A stretch of DNA of 64,000 bases from Podospora anserina (lineage: Eukaryota), in contig CM030338.1 in assembly GCA_017654855.1 (NCBI GenBank), positions 1,116,001 to 1,180,000 of the forward strand, read 5' to 3'. Position 1 is the stretch's first letter. The number at the start of each line of letters is the position of its first letter. This document shows, in pieces, positions 11,235 through 22,055 of the stretch. A program made the translations under genes and the position numbers. The notes beneath the pieces were generated by a model that was not told the origin of the DNA, did not search any database, and saw only the letters and a list, made by a program, of their open reading frames with translations.

Positions 11235-11659
11235 CCCCTCAGCCGAGGGGGGCCGGGATATCGCCCGTTCTCGTTGCCCGTTACTAACCACAGAGCCAAC
11301 TCGACGACACCTCCAACTGTCGTGGTCTATAAGTCGTTGGAGAAATGTATTACCATTACTCTATGTTATGTAGCATTCCCAGATGATATGCAGGGTCACG
11401 GTGTTATCTGCAGCCATCTCAAAAGGGTAATAAAGTCCCCACGATCCAAGTAAGGCAAGTGGTTTGACACATTCGACCCAAGACAGGCAGATCCATCCGG
11501 ATCCGTGACGTTTCTCCATCCAACAGACAAGAACCTTTCCCCGTGTTCCACCCCGCCTTTGTGCCACGGCTTATCAGGTTGTCTACTTGCAGCAGCTTGC
11601 AGAAGGAGAGGAGGGGTCGTAAGTGAGTTGAGGCGAGGAAGGAAACAGAGATACATAAA

Positions 11660-13340
11660 ATGGCAGTGTTCTCATCGCCGAGGGTGCTGTGTGCCCCTTC
11701 CCGGACACCACCACTGTTGTCTCTCTCTTTGAGAAGCCACAAGCCCACCACTTTGAGACCACGATACTTTTCCTTGTCTACACATCTCAGAACCAAGATG
11801 GAGGTGGAACTCACAGCTCCCAACGGCAGGAAGTGGACTCAGCCATTGGGTCTCTTCATCAACAATGAGTTTGTCAAGAGCAGCAATGAGCAGAAGCTTG
11901 CTTCCATCAACCCCACGTGCGTCCGTTTTTCATGAGAGGTCACTCATTCCTGTTACTGATACCCACCGTAGAACCGAGGAGGAGATCTGCTCCGTCTACG
12001 CTGCCACATCTGATGACATCGACACAGCCGTAGCAGCAGCCCGCAAGGCCTTCAAGGACCCCTCATGGAAGTCTCTCAGTGGCACCGAGCGCGGTGCCCT
12101 CATGCTCAAGCTCGCCGACCTAGTCTCCCAACACGCCGAGACCCTCGCCACCATTGAGTGCCTCGACAACGGCAAACCATACACCACAGCCCTCGCTGAG
12201 AACGTCCCCGAAGTCGTCAATGTATTCCGATACTACGGCGGCTACGCCGATAAGAACTTTGGCCAAGTCATCGACGTCGGCCCCGCCAAATTCGCCTACA
12301 CCGTCAAGGAGCCCTTGGGTGTATGCGGCCAAATCATCCCCTGGAACTACCCCCTCGACATGGCCGCCTGGAAGCTCGGCCCAGCCCTCTGCTGCGGCAA
12401 CACCGTCGTCCTGAAGCTCGCCGAGCAAACCCCCCTCTCCATGCTCTACCTCGCCAAGCTCATCAAAGAAGCCGGCTTCCCTCCCGGCGTGGTCAACATC
12501 ATCAACGGCCACGGCCGCGAAGCCGGCGCCGCTCTCGTCCAACACCCCCAGGTCGACAAGATCGCTTTCACGGGCAGCACCGCCACCGGCAAGGAGATCA
12601 TGAAGATGGCCTCGGCCACCATGAAGAACATCACGCTCGAGACGGGCGGCAAGTCCCCTCTCATCGTCTTTGAGGACGCCGACCTCGACCTTGCCGCGAC
12701 GTGGTCCCACATCGGCATCATGAGCAACCAAGGTCAGATCTGCACCGCCACGTCCCGCATCCTCGTCCACGAGGGCATCTATGACAAGTTCACCGAGGCG
12801 TTCAGGGCCAAGATTCAAGAAATTTCGGTGCTGGGCGACCCCTTTGAAGAAACCACCTTTCAAGGACCCCAAGTCACGAAACAGCAATACGAGCGCGTTT
12901 TGTCATACATCGACATTGGCAAAGAAGAAGGTGCCACTGTTTTCCTCGGCGGTGAAGCTGCTCCTCAAAGGGGCAAGGGGTTCTTTATTGCTCCTACGGT
13001 GTTCACCAATGTGAAGCCGACGATGAGGATCTACCGCGAGGAGATCTTTGGTCCTTGCGTGGCGATTGCTTCGTTCAAGACGGAGGAGGAGGCGGTTGAG
13101 ATGGCTAATGATAGCACTTATGGGCTTGGGTCGGCGATTTTCACGAGGGACTTGAACAGGGCGCACAGGGTGGCGAGGGAGATCGAGGCGGGGATGGTGT
13201 GGATTAATAGCAGTAATGATTCTGATTTCAGGATCCCGTTTGGGGGGGTGAAGCAGAGTGGGATTGGGAGGGAGCTGGGGGAGGCGGGGTTGGCGCCGTA
13301 TTGTAATGTAAAGGCTATTCATGTGAATATGGCGGCGTAG
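11660..13340 (+). CDS. NAD-dependent aldehyde dehydrogenase (ALDH1/2-like); alternative start at 11798
   Basis: Exon 1 runs 11660 (or 11798)-11916, intron 11917-11971 (GTGCGT..CTGAT..TAG), exon 2 11972-13340. Motifs: IIPWNYP, FTGSTATG, LETGGKSP (catalytic Glu), NQGQICTA (catalytic Cys), EEIFGP and PFGGVKQSGIGRE. Confidence 0.95.
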
Positions 13341-14120
13341 AGGTAGAGGGGATGGGATGGTTGTGGTTATTTGCTGGCGATGAGCGCGAGCGTGGTGTAA
13401 CTACCTTGGGTTGAATGAATGAATATCTGAAGTGTCCCTCCCATGTTGGTGTTGAGGGATAAGCAATTGGTGTGAACAAAGTGTGTGAAAGGTTTGGCCA
13501 TGCTGTCAGTTGATCCCAGGCATTGAAGTTTTATGTGATTACAGGACATTTATGATTTATTATCTGTAGAGGCATCGGAAAACGAGTCGCTACACTTTCC
13601 CCATAACTCCAGAATTTGTTGGAGACTTGTTGGAGTTGATGCATGAAAAGAGATCGGCCCGACGTCATCCCCAGCGTTCCATGGTGCTGGGGTGAGCTTG
13701 ACCCCTGTCATACTGCCAAGCTCAGCTGAAAGCGGGCCGTGATTGGCTGGAGCCCAAGACAAGCAAAAACCCGGGGTTCCACCTCACGACTTTTGGGCCG
13801 GCCAGACTTTCTGGGTAGGGCCGTCATCCAGCACTGTCTCCACGTGTCGCATTCGACAATCCTCGAGATATCTATTCCCATTCCCGTCTTACAAAAGCAC
13901 TTGCATAGCCCTGTGTGTTTCTGCTCTGTCCGTCCTGTCACAGAGATCTTCTGACAGGTTCCACTGCTTTTGGCCTTACGCGCGCGCGCAGGCACCCGTC
14001 TCGAATCTTTCGTCCTCGCTGAGCTCTCCAAACTTCGAACCGCAGACCCCCCCTGTTCAGGCCCAACCACCACCATTTTCTCTAGGCTCGCACAATCGCA
14101 TCGTACATCCACACGCCCCA

Positions 14121-16025
14121 ATGGCGCCCCTGATCCCCTCGGCCGAGATCCGGCTCTCCTACCCTCTGTACGCCCTCGACTTCGACCCTCAAGATGCCAA
14201 CAGACTGGTCGTTGGTGGCGGAGGAGGGGCAGGCGGAACGGGAGTAGGAAACCAGATCAGCGTCCTCGACACGTCGACAAAGGAAGCCCTTCAGGTCGTC
14301 TCCGAAATCGAACTCAGTCGCGCGGAAGACAGCGTCAACACTATTGCCGTGGGCCCGCGCAAGAAGAATTCAGTTCCGGTGTATGCTGGCATCAACTCGA
14401 GCGAGGATGACATCAAGAAGGGGAAGAATGAACACTTTAGGGTATTCTCTGCCGATCTACCGTCAAAGACCAAGGCTGCTGCTGGAGGACCAAAGATCAC
14501 TGAGGTGTCGAGGTCTTCGTTCTTTACGACAAAAGATACCGAGGCTTATCAGAGGGTTTTGAGGATATCACAGCCGTACGAGGGGGTGAAGCAGATTGGA
14601 GCTGCCGCGACGGGTGTCTACCGGGCTGCGAAGGACCCGCAAATTGCCATCTTTGATATTCCCTCTGCGAGCGGAAGCAACACGGCGCCAAAGTTGAGGG
14701 GGAACCTGGAGTTGGTCAAGGAGGCGATGGACTTGGACATCATCCAGATCAGCGGCGACGGATACCAACTTGTCTACTGCGACGACTACGACATCCACAC
14801 GCTTGACATCAGCAACAAGGGTGACTCCAAAGACTTGCACACCGTCTGGACCATGCCACACGACGAGTCAATGGGTGCCAAAGCCCGGCCTTCCTTCAGG
14901 TCGATCCGTTACCTCACGCCCACCTTTGTCCTCTGCGTCGCCAACCTTCCCCAAGCAGGCGGTTCCGTCCTCCAGGGCTTCCGCCTCCCCAACCCAGCCG
15001 ACGTTGGCAAGGAGGGAAAAGAAGGAAAAGCCCGCCTCGCGCTCTCGGTTCACCTCCCCAAAAACGTCCGCCGCGGCACCGGTCTGGCGGTCCGCAACCT
15101 TTCCCCTCCCGCAAGCCCCTCCCAAGAACAGGGCGACGCCCAGTTTGTCATCGCCGTCACGGGACAGGATAGCTCCATCACCCTCTACACCCTTGAACAC
15201 CAGGCTCTCGCCGGTTTGACGCTGATTGCCAACTGCCACATCATCACCACCCTCAAAGAAGTCCACCCCGGTCCGATCTCTGGCCTGGCCTTTTCGACCT
15301 TTGTGCCCCCAGCATCGGGCTCAAAGGTGCCCGCTACGGTTAAGCTAGCGTCGATTGGCTCGCTGGGGAACACGTGCGTGGTTCACACCATCCCGCTCAA
15401 GAAGCTGCCCTCGTCTATTACGGTCTCTTCTAGTGTGAAGTCGCTCGTGCCAGCGAGGTATGTTGTCGCACTAAAGTCGCACGGCCCAGGACACAAGGGG
15501 TTCTTGTCGTTTATTGCCATCTCTGCCATTGTCATTGCTTTGTTGGCGCAGGCGCTGATGGAGATTAATGGCCTTGCGCCGCCGTATTTGGGGACGAAGA
15601 ATGTTGTTCCTGCGAGCTGGCAGGCGCCGTATATGAAGGGTTTGCGGGAGGAGCAGGGGAGGCTCAAAAAGGAAGGGGGGGGGCAGTTGGCGGATATTTT
15701 GGGGCAGCCTAGGGAGGGGGTACCGAGGGTGGTGATTAAGCAGCAGGGGGAGTGGGATTCGGCCATGGCGGAGGGGGCCGGGGCGGTGAAGATGGTGCTC
15801 AAGCAGGAGGAGGGGAGTGGGGAGGTGAAGATGGTGGAGGAGGAGAAGTTGGGGGAAGGGGAAAAGGGGAAAGAATGGGAGGAGCTGCCGGTGGAGCAGC
15901 AGGAGTTGTGGAAGAAGGCGCTCAAGAAGGCGGGGCATTGGGGGGAGGATGTAGGGGAGGCGGTCTTTAAGGGGGTGTTGTTTGGGGAGATTGGGGGGTT
16001 GGTGGGGGCTTTTGTTAGGGGGTAG
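14121..16025 (+). CDS. SEC12: Sec12-like guanine nucleotide exchange factor for Sar1 (WD40 propeller plus TM)
   Basis: First ATG at 14121. N-terminal YPLYALDF..VVGGGGGAGGTGVGN is the Sec12 K-loop signature. A beta-rich body is followed by a single TM segment (FLSFIAISAIVIALLAQAL) near the C-terminus. Confidence 0.85.
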   Translation: MAPLIPSAEIRLSYPLYALDFDPQDANRLVVGGGGGAGGTGVGNQISVLDTSTKEALQVVSEIELSRAEDSVNTIAVGPRKKNSVPVYAGINSSEDDIKKGKNEHFRVFSADLPSKTKAAAGGPKITEVSRSSFFTTKDTEAYQRVLRISQPYEGVKQIGAAATGVYRAAKDPQIAIFDIPSASGSNTAPKLRGNLELVKEAMDLDIIQISGDGYQLVYCDDYDIHTLDISNKGDSKDLHTVWTMPHDESMGAKARPSFRSIRYLTPTFVLCVANLPQAGGSVLQGFRLPNPADVGKEGKEGKARLALSVHLPKNVRRGTGLAVRNLSPPASPSQEQGDAQFVIAVTGQDSSITLYTLEHQALAGLTLIANCHIITTLKEVHPGPISGLAFSTFVPPASGSKVPATVKLASIGSLGNTCVVHTIPLKKLPSSITVSSSVKSLVPARYVVALKSHGPGHKGFLSFIAISAIVIALLAQALMEINGLAPPYLGTKNVVPASWQAPYMKGLREEQGRLKKEGGGQLADILGQPREGVPRVVIKQQGEWDSAMAEGAGAVKMVLKQEEGSGEVKMVEEEKLGEGEKGKEWEELPVEQQELWKKALKKAGHWGEDVGEAVFKGVLFGEIGGLVGAFVRG

Positions 16026-16860
16026 GGACTTTGATGATTGATTTGCCTGGATGGGTAGAGAGCTGAGGAGGAAGTGGAGAGAGTGGGAGAGTGAGGTTGA
16101 GTATAGAGCAGACGATTGAAACACCGGAGCTGAAGATGAAGGGGGAAGAGCTGAGGAGTTATAACGGGAGGCTGAGATGAGTTCTAATGTTGGGAGCGGG
16201 ATCAATGCCTCGATGTATGTGATATGAAGAGAAGGCAAACAGTAGTGGTGATGGAAAAAGAGTATATTCAATACGGGTTTTTCTCTCTTCGTGGAATGGG
16301 CGATGCATATCCCGTCATCCGTAGTTGTTACATCGTCTTACCTGCTCTATTCACTACTTGCTCAACAAGCTCCTTCAAAGGTTCCTCGTATTCTTGTTCC
16401 TGTCAGCCTGGATGGCATGCTAGTGTATGATTGATGCACCTGACTTTTTGCTGATATCATCGTCAAGGTCGTTGTTTGGAAATTGAGCAAGTTCAAAATA
16501 GAATGCGAGTACGTGCTTTGGGATTTAACAGCATACCAAACCACGCAGGCTCATGTTGCTGTGATAGAGCGTGTGACATACAGTGAATCCTGTTCTTCTT
16601 GGTATCTGCCCCTTCCGGTATTCCCGCTCCATCATCGTGAAGCTTTGGCAGAGGCCCGAATGTAACAACTTGCACCCATAACAATTCCCATTGACAACGC
16701 CATAAAATGCCCAAACGCTACCCTGGTGACCCCTGCCCAAAGCAGTGCGCTTTGCAAATACCGCCATGCACGGCGTATACATCTCAATAAACCAGTCCTC
16801 CATAATCCTCTATCCATATTTCCACCTGTAGTTCATTCGTCCATAAAACCCACCCCCCTC

Positions 16861-18704
16861 TCAAACAAAAACATCCACCTCCACCACACCTCCAGCCCTC
16901 CTCAGATTATAAATCAGCAAGACAGCCTGGTCCCATTCCTCCGACGTGGTAATCATCCTCCTCCCATACGGCGTCTGTATCCACATGTGCGGTCTTCTAT
17001 ACTGCGCTTGCTCAAACGACGCCATCAGCCCGTCAAAGGCACCTTCTGATATTATCGAGTCGGTGTGCTTGAACTCAAAGGGAGTGTCGACCAGGTCGCT
17101 GCTATCGGCTCCATCTTTGACAAAGACGCGGTAGGTGAGCTTGGCGTTGGGCGGGATCTCAACCTCATATATATCCGGATCCTGAAGCCCGGCCAGGGCT
17201 TGGGCCCGCTTGCGTTTTTTGTTGATGGTCACCTCACTCACCAGAGAGGCAAAGAAAGACTGGCCGTTTCGCGGTGGAATTTCTGGCTCGGGTGGTGCTG
17301 TTTCGAGGACCTGGCGAATCGGGATAGGAGATGACTCTCCTGTAGGTGGAGAGGGGACCTGGGCTGAGCGCTGAGCTCTCTGCGCTGATACAGCGAGGTC
17401 GGCACTGTCCCACAAGGTCTGCATAGCAGGAGCCCGTTGGTCCGGGGGAGTGCACGGTCGCGAGGTGGTAGGAGTGGTATCAAACTGGCACTCTGTCTCC
17501 GGGGTGCTGACTTGTGGTTGATCAACCGAAGGTGTGGTTGTCCGCGATGTGTCGTCCCTCTTCCGGCGTGCGAGGCTATTTTGCTGAGTGATTCTGGATT
17601 TGAGGTTGTCCTGAACGCGGTAGACAAACATGGCGAAGTAGAACAGAAGGGTTGTCGAGTCCTCGGGCCAAAACAGAGTTCTGGTTCTGGCACTTGCATT
17701 CGCATTCCCAGCACCAAACCAACGTGCTCCCCAGCCTTCTTTCGCCAGTATCTGGTATGCCAGCTTCACCACAAACATCTTGGTGTGTGCGCCGTTAAGC
17801 CTTTTCTCGCACCTTATGCGTTGAATGACTTCGGCAAGTTGCTCGGCCTCAAGATACTGGTGCAGGTCCTTCTTCAAGTACTTGCCTTCACCCACGGGCA
17901 GCTCAAGCAGACTGTAGAGCTCTTCGTATTTCTGGTTTCGTCCTGGACCACCAGTTAGCATTTGGCAAAGGCAGAATTACAGGACGAAGTGGTAGACTTA
18001 CTGAGGGTGATGTATTCCCAAATTTTTGCAAGCTGGGTTTCCTCGTCCATGCGGCGCGGCAGCTTGACCATGCTGTTTGCTGCAGTGGTCGAATAGCGAA
18101 GGCCGTGAACCTGTTGAATAGAAATGACAGAAGAATCTTCCATATTCTCCCCATAGGATGTTGGGCTCATCTGATGGACATCTTCCGGCGCATCTGTAGG
18201 GGCATTAACATGCTGATCTTGATTTAGACCCGCCCAGTCGACCTCCGAGAGCTTCTGGAGTTCGGCCTGCCAGTCCGCATCCGTGGCCAGGTCCACGTGA
18301 GCGTCGCTGAGCAGGAACTCGAACTCTCCTGATACCGCAGCTCCGGTACTAGGAGGGTCATTATGAGGATATCGGGTGCTACTAACCACGAGGCCACCTG
18401 AAGTGTGTCCATCTTGGAGCGATAAAGGGGCACCAAGAGGATCAGGGACAACGGGCAAAGTGAGCTGAGAAACAGGCTCTTCTTGTACCCTTGGCAGAGT
18501 GATCTCGCATCGGGGCTCTGATGAAGTCGCCGGTGGTGACGACGAGGATGGCTGTAGTTGGATGGCGGGGTCCGAGGTGACTTCTTCGAATAAAAGTGAA
18601 GAGAGGTCCGTCTCGGGATCAAGGCCGTCGCCAAAAAGCGAATCCAAGTCGTTGTCGCTATCTCCAATGTCGGAGAGAGGTTGAGATTCAAATTTCTGGG
18701 CCAT
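16861..18704 (-). CDS. Hypothetical protein (about 594 aa)
   Basis: Exon 1 18704-18002, intron 18001-17943 (GTAAGT..GCTAAC..CAG), exon 2 17942-16861. Splicing joins ORFs 17955..18758 and 16861..17961 in frame. Acidic disordered N-terminus, helical middle and compact C-terminal domain. Confidence 0.75.
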
Positions 18705-18847
18705 TTTGACGAGTTTTGGCCGTTTGCTGCACGATGAGCGAAGCAGCTGGGAAAGCAAGCAGCAGTTGAATGAATATATTGACCTTCAACTTTGAGGACC
18801 AGTCGCGCTCCAGATCTTTCTTGCAAGCGCGTCCTCAATTAAGCTCC

Positions 18848-18861
18848 GATAAGCTGATAAG
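18848..18861. promoter_or_regulatory. Tandem GATA sites (GATAAGCTGATAAG)
   Basis: About 145 nt upstream of the ATG at 18704. Identical 13-mer core to the site at 11221. Confidence 0.45.
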
Positions 18862-21800
18862 AACCCTCGGTCCAGTCACCCTAACCCTTGTTTCCACCCC
18901 AACCGAGCAACTGATGGTTCCTTCCTTCCATTTTGATCAAGAGAAATGATTGTTGCACTGGTAATTTCCTGGGAATGTGAGGATCAAAACATTACTTTTC
19001 CAGACTCTTTGAAATATTCACTTGAAGGGTAACAAGACGGCACATCTGGCTATGAGACCGACATTGTTTACTTCCTCCCTACTTTTCTCCGCCACCATGC
19101 ATTGACATCTGCTATTTCGCATCTTGAAAATGATACAGAAACTCTGAGCTCGGGATACTACAGTTACGTTACCAGTGATTTTCACATCATTTGTCACCAA
19201 TTGCTTGCGATCTCGTTTCCGAGGGACGGCTCGACTTGCTCGGCACCAGAAACCACACCCTGTCTGCACGATGTTATTCCGTTTGAACACAGCCAATAGT
19301 GCCAGAGAAGTGAAACCGATGAGCGTTCCTCGGAAAATCTTTCTCATATTGCGATATTATATTCGGGCAGCCGAGATGAACCGCCAAAACTCATCTCGTT
19401 CTTTTGAATGTGTCTTCCCTCACCACACTGGCCACATTGGCTGCCGTTCAACTTGGTCGGCCGGTCAAGTTCACCGTTAAATCCAATAAATCCACAAGAT
19501 AAGCGAGCCGTTGGTTACCACCCTCGTTCTCCCCAGTCAAAAGTCCTTCAACTGACACGGTGACCGGACGATTTCCGGAAGCTGCCCAGGCCAGCCACAG
19601 AGCAGGTCACCTGCCATTGCTTCTTCGGCTACAACTTGACAAGCTAGGATGACCTATCACCATGAATAACCGGTGATGAGCTTCAACTGTCCAGTCACAC
19701 ACCCTCTCGGCGCCACGAATGGCCGTCCGCCTGACTCACCGACCTCTCTCAGCAGGGGACATCATGATTTGCTCAGAACCTTGTCAGGTCTCGCCCCAGA
19801 TTCGCCCTGCGTAGGCAGCATCTTGACCCCAGTACTTTGTGTTCTGTTCCAGCAGTGCTCATCGACATCTCCGTTGGTAGGCCGCGAGATGGCAAGATAG
19901 GCCAAGTGCTAGCCAGCATCCTTCCAACAGGATCACCCCGCCCGTCTCGATGGTGCCTCGGAATGGTGCCATTACCACAGAGATTCTTTTGTCCTACTGG
20001 ACACTGATAGAAGACACGGCATCTCGCATGTATCTCGCCCACAGCTTCCACACGCTATCTTCAACCTGCCCCTTCGCCGGCCAATCGTCCATTGAACGCT
20101 CGCTAGACATTCGCTGTAACTCGTCAAACTCGTCATTGTCATGAGTAAGGGCCGGATCTAGGTTACCTTGAACTTGCAGGACACATGCCAGCGGCATCTC
20201 TGCCACTGGTTGATGTTGAAAGCTGGAACGGTGAAGCCGTTCCCTCCCGCCCGCTCTGTCTGACAGTGGTCATGTAGTATTCCCACTCCCCCGGGGCCAC
20301 TAGTCTCGAGAGTATTGTAACTGGGCATGTCACTATCATGTACCGTGCCGTCAAGTATTAGACTGCTTGAGCTGGATGCCACGGAGGCCTGTCGTTTCTT
20401 TATGGACCGCCCCCCGAGTCTCAGCCCCCCCCACCCCGCAGGTATTTACGGAGTGTTGACCACACCTTCACTGGCGGCAGACTGGCCTCACAGAGAACGG
20501 GAGGCTGGACTAGAGGTCATATTCTTCGATACAAGCTCTGATTTGCTCTGGCGAATGGTCCATGAGCATGATTCCACAAATTTCCGCAGGCTTGCCTTCG
20601 CACGCCCCCCCCGCTGGAGTTGCTACCTTGACCCCAACTTCACGCACCTTTTCAGCGCACAGCAGTGTCAGTCTAACAAGGTAGTATACGGTTATCCGGG
20701 GTGTTGTATCCCAGACTAGGCCAGTAGGAAGTCGAGATTCTGAGCAAACGAAGCAGATTGATGGATCAGCGGAACGGCGCCTATCTGTAGAAAATCAAGC
20801 GCTCTTGGAAACGGTGACCAGAAGCACGCCAACGGTTCACCGGGCAGAACTCCGTCAACTCTTACGAGCGTCAGCGACCATCAACGAGCAGCTTGATGGG
20901 CATCATTTGCTGGTGATCATTGCGTAATATCAGAACGGATTACCTGCTGAGATTGAATCTTGCGCAAGTAACCAAGGCAAAAAGCGGAGTCTTAGTTGCT
21001 TGTCACGCACATCACGGTCAAGAAGACGATCAGTCTGACACACTTTGATGAGCGATAGTGATATCTGACAGCATCTCCGTTGCGACGGTATTCTTTATAC
21101 TTGCTGGTCAGGTATTGATTGTATCCAGCGTTTTTGTTGACACACCTGCGGCTCTGGCAGTACGTGACTCTGACCACCAGGAAGAGAATACATCTGGGAA
21201 CCTCCAGACAAGACTGGAATGCGGCTGTAAAACATCTTGTAGTATATCTGACAACAGGAATCCGAAGCTACTCTCGCAGCTTGTTTGCAACGGCCAGCAT
21301 GTGTCGATGACAACAACTTGGCTGAGCAGATCCAATCTGAGTGAAGCCATCATCAACACACGCGATTTGAGCACAGTCAGTCTCCCCCATTCCACCCTTG
21401 ACAGCAGTACAACAACAAAAGCATTGTCAATAATGGAACCAAGGTGTGAACAATAATTGTGCCACCGTATCTTCCCTCTTTCTATTTATGCTTCTACTTT
21501 TTCTGCTACAATCTCTCCTTGCTGCAATGATGAACACGCTTCCACACGGAACTGGTGGAGTTTCTCTACCTTCCCCAAGTATTTCTCTCAGCTTTTGCTC
21601 AAATGTGCACATCTGGGCATCAAAGAAACGACGACAACCATCCCGCTCGGGCCCAGGGAAAAACAATGAACCAAGCTAGCCACGTAGTCCTATTTTTTAT
21701 ACTCTAGTTTTTTCTTGCTACCTGCTATTTTTGCAGTTTGGTTATACTAGGTATCCCCGCTAGGAAAAGGTTGGATGGCGGAAGCGAGTTGTGATGCCGG

Positions 21801-22055
21801 ACGGGAAGGGCCGGTTTGGATGATATGGGGAGTTTTGGTTGGGATGTTCTGCTCGGGTGTTTATACGCTCTGTGAGGGGTCATGTTGATACCAGCAGATA
21901 CCCTTGAACACATGACCATATATGTCTATCAACAACGTTTGCCGCGCGGTCTATCAACCCACAGTCTACATCCCCCATCTACCGCCTCTAGTATCTACCT
22001 AGGTACCTTGCAACCAACCCCCCCTACAGCATCTACTCCAAAGAGAGAGAAGTAT

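Noticed and set aside
13743-14120. 126-aa N-terminal extension of Sec12 from a TTG start in the ORF track
   Set aside because: The Sec12 signature begins right after ATG 14121, and the upstream sequence looks like promoter/5' UTR.
18878-18888. Telomerase RNA template (ACCCTAACCCT) heading the ORF-poor 19-21 kb region
   Set aside because: It lies only about 170 nt from a divergent ATG, and I could not identify a pseudoknot or CR4/5 element. A telobox-type promoter site or chance match is more likely. A similar short match at 62632-62643 is also ignored.
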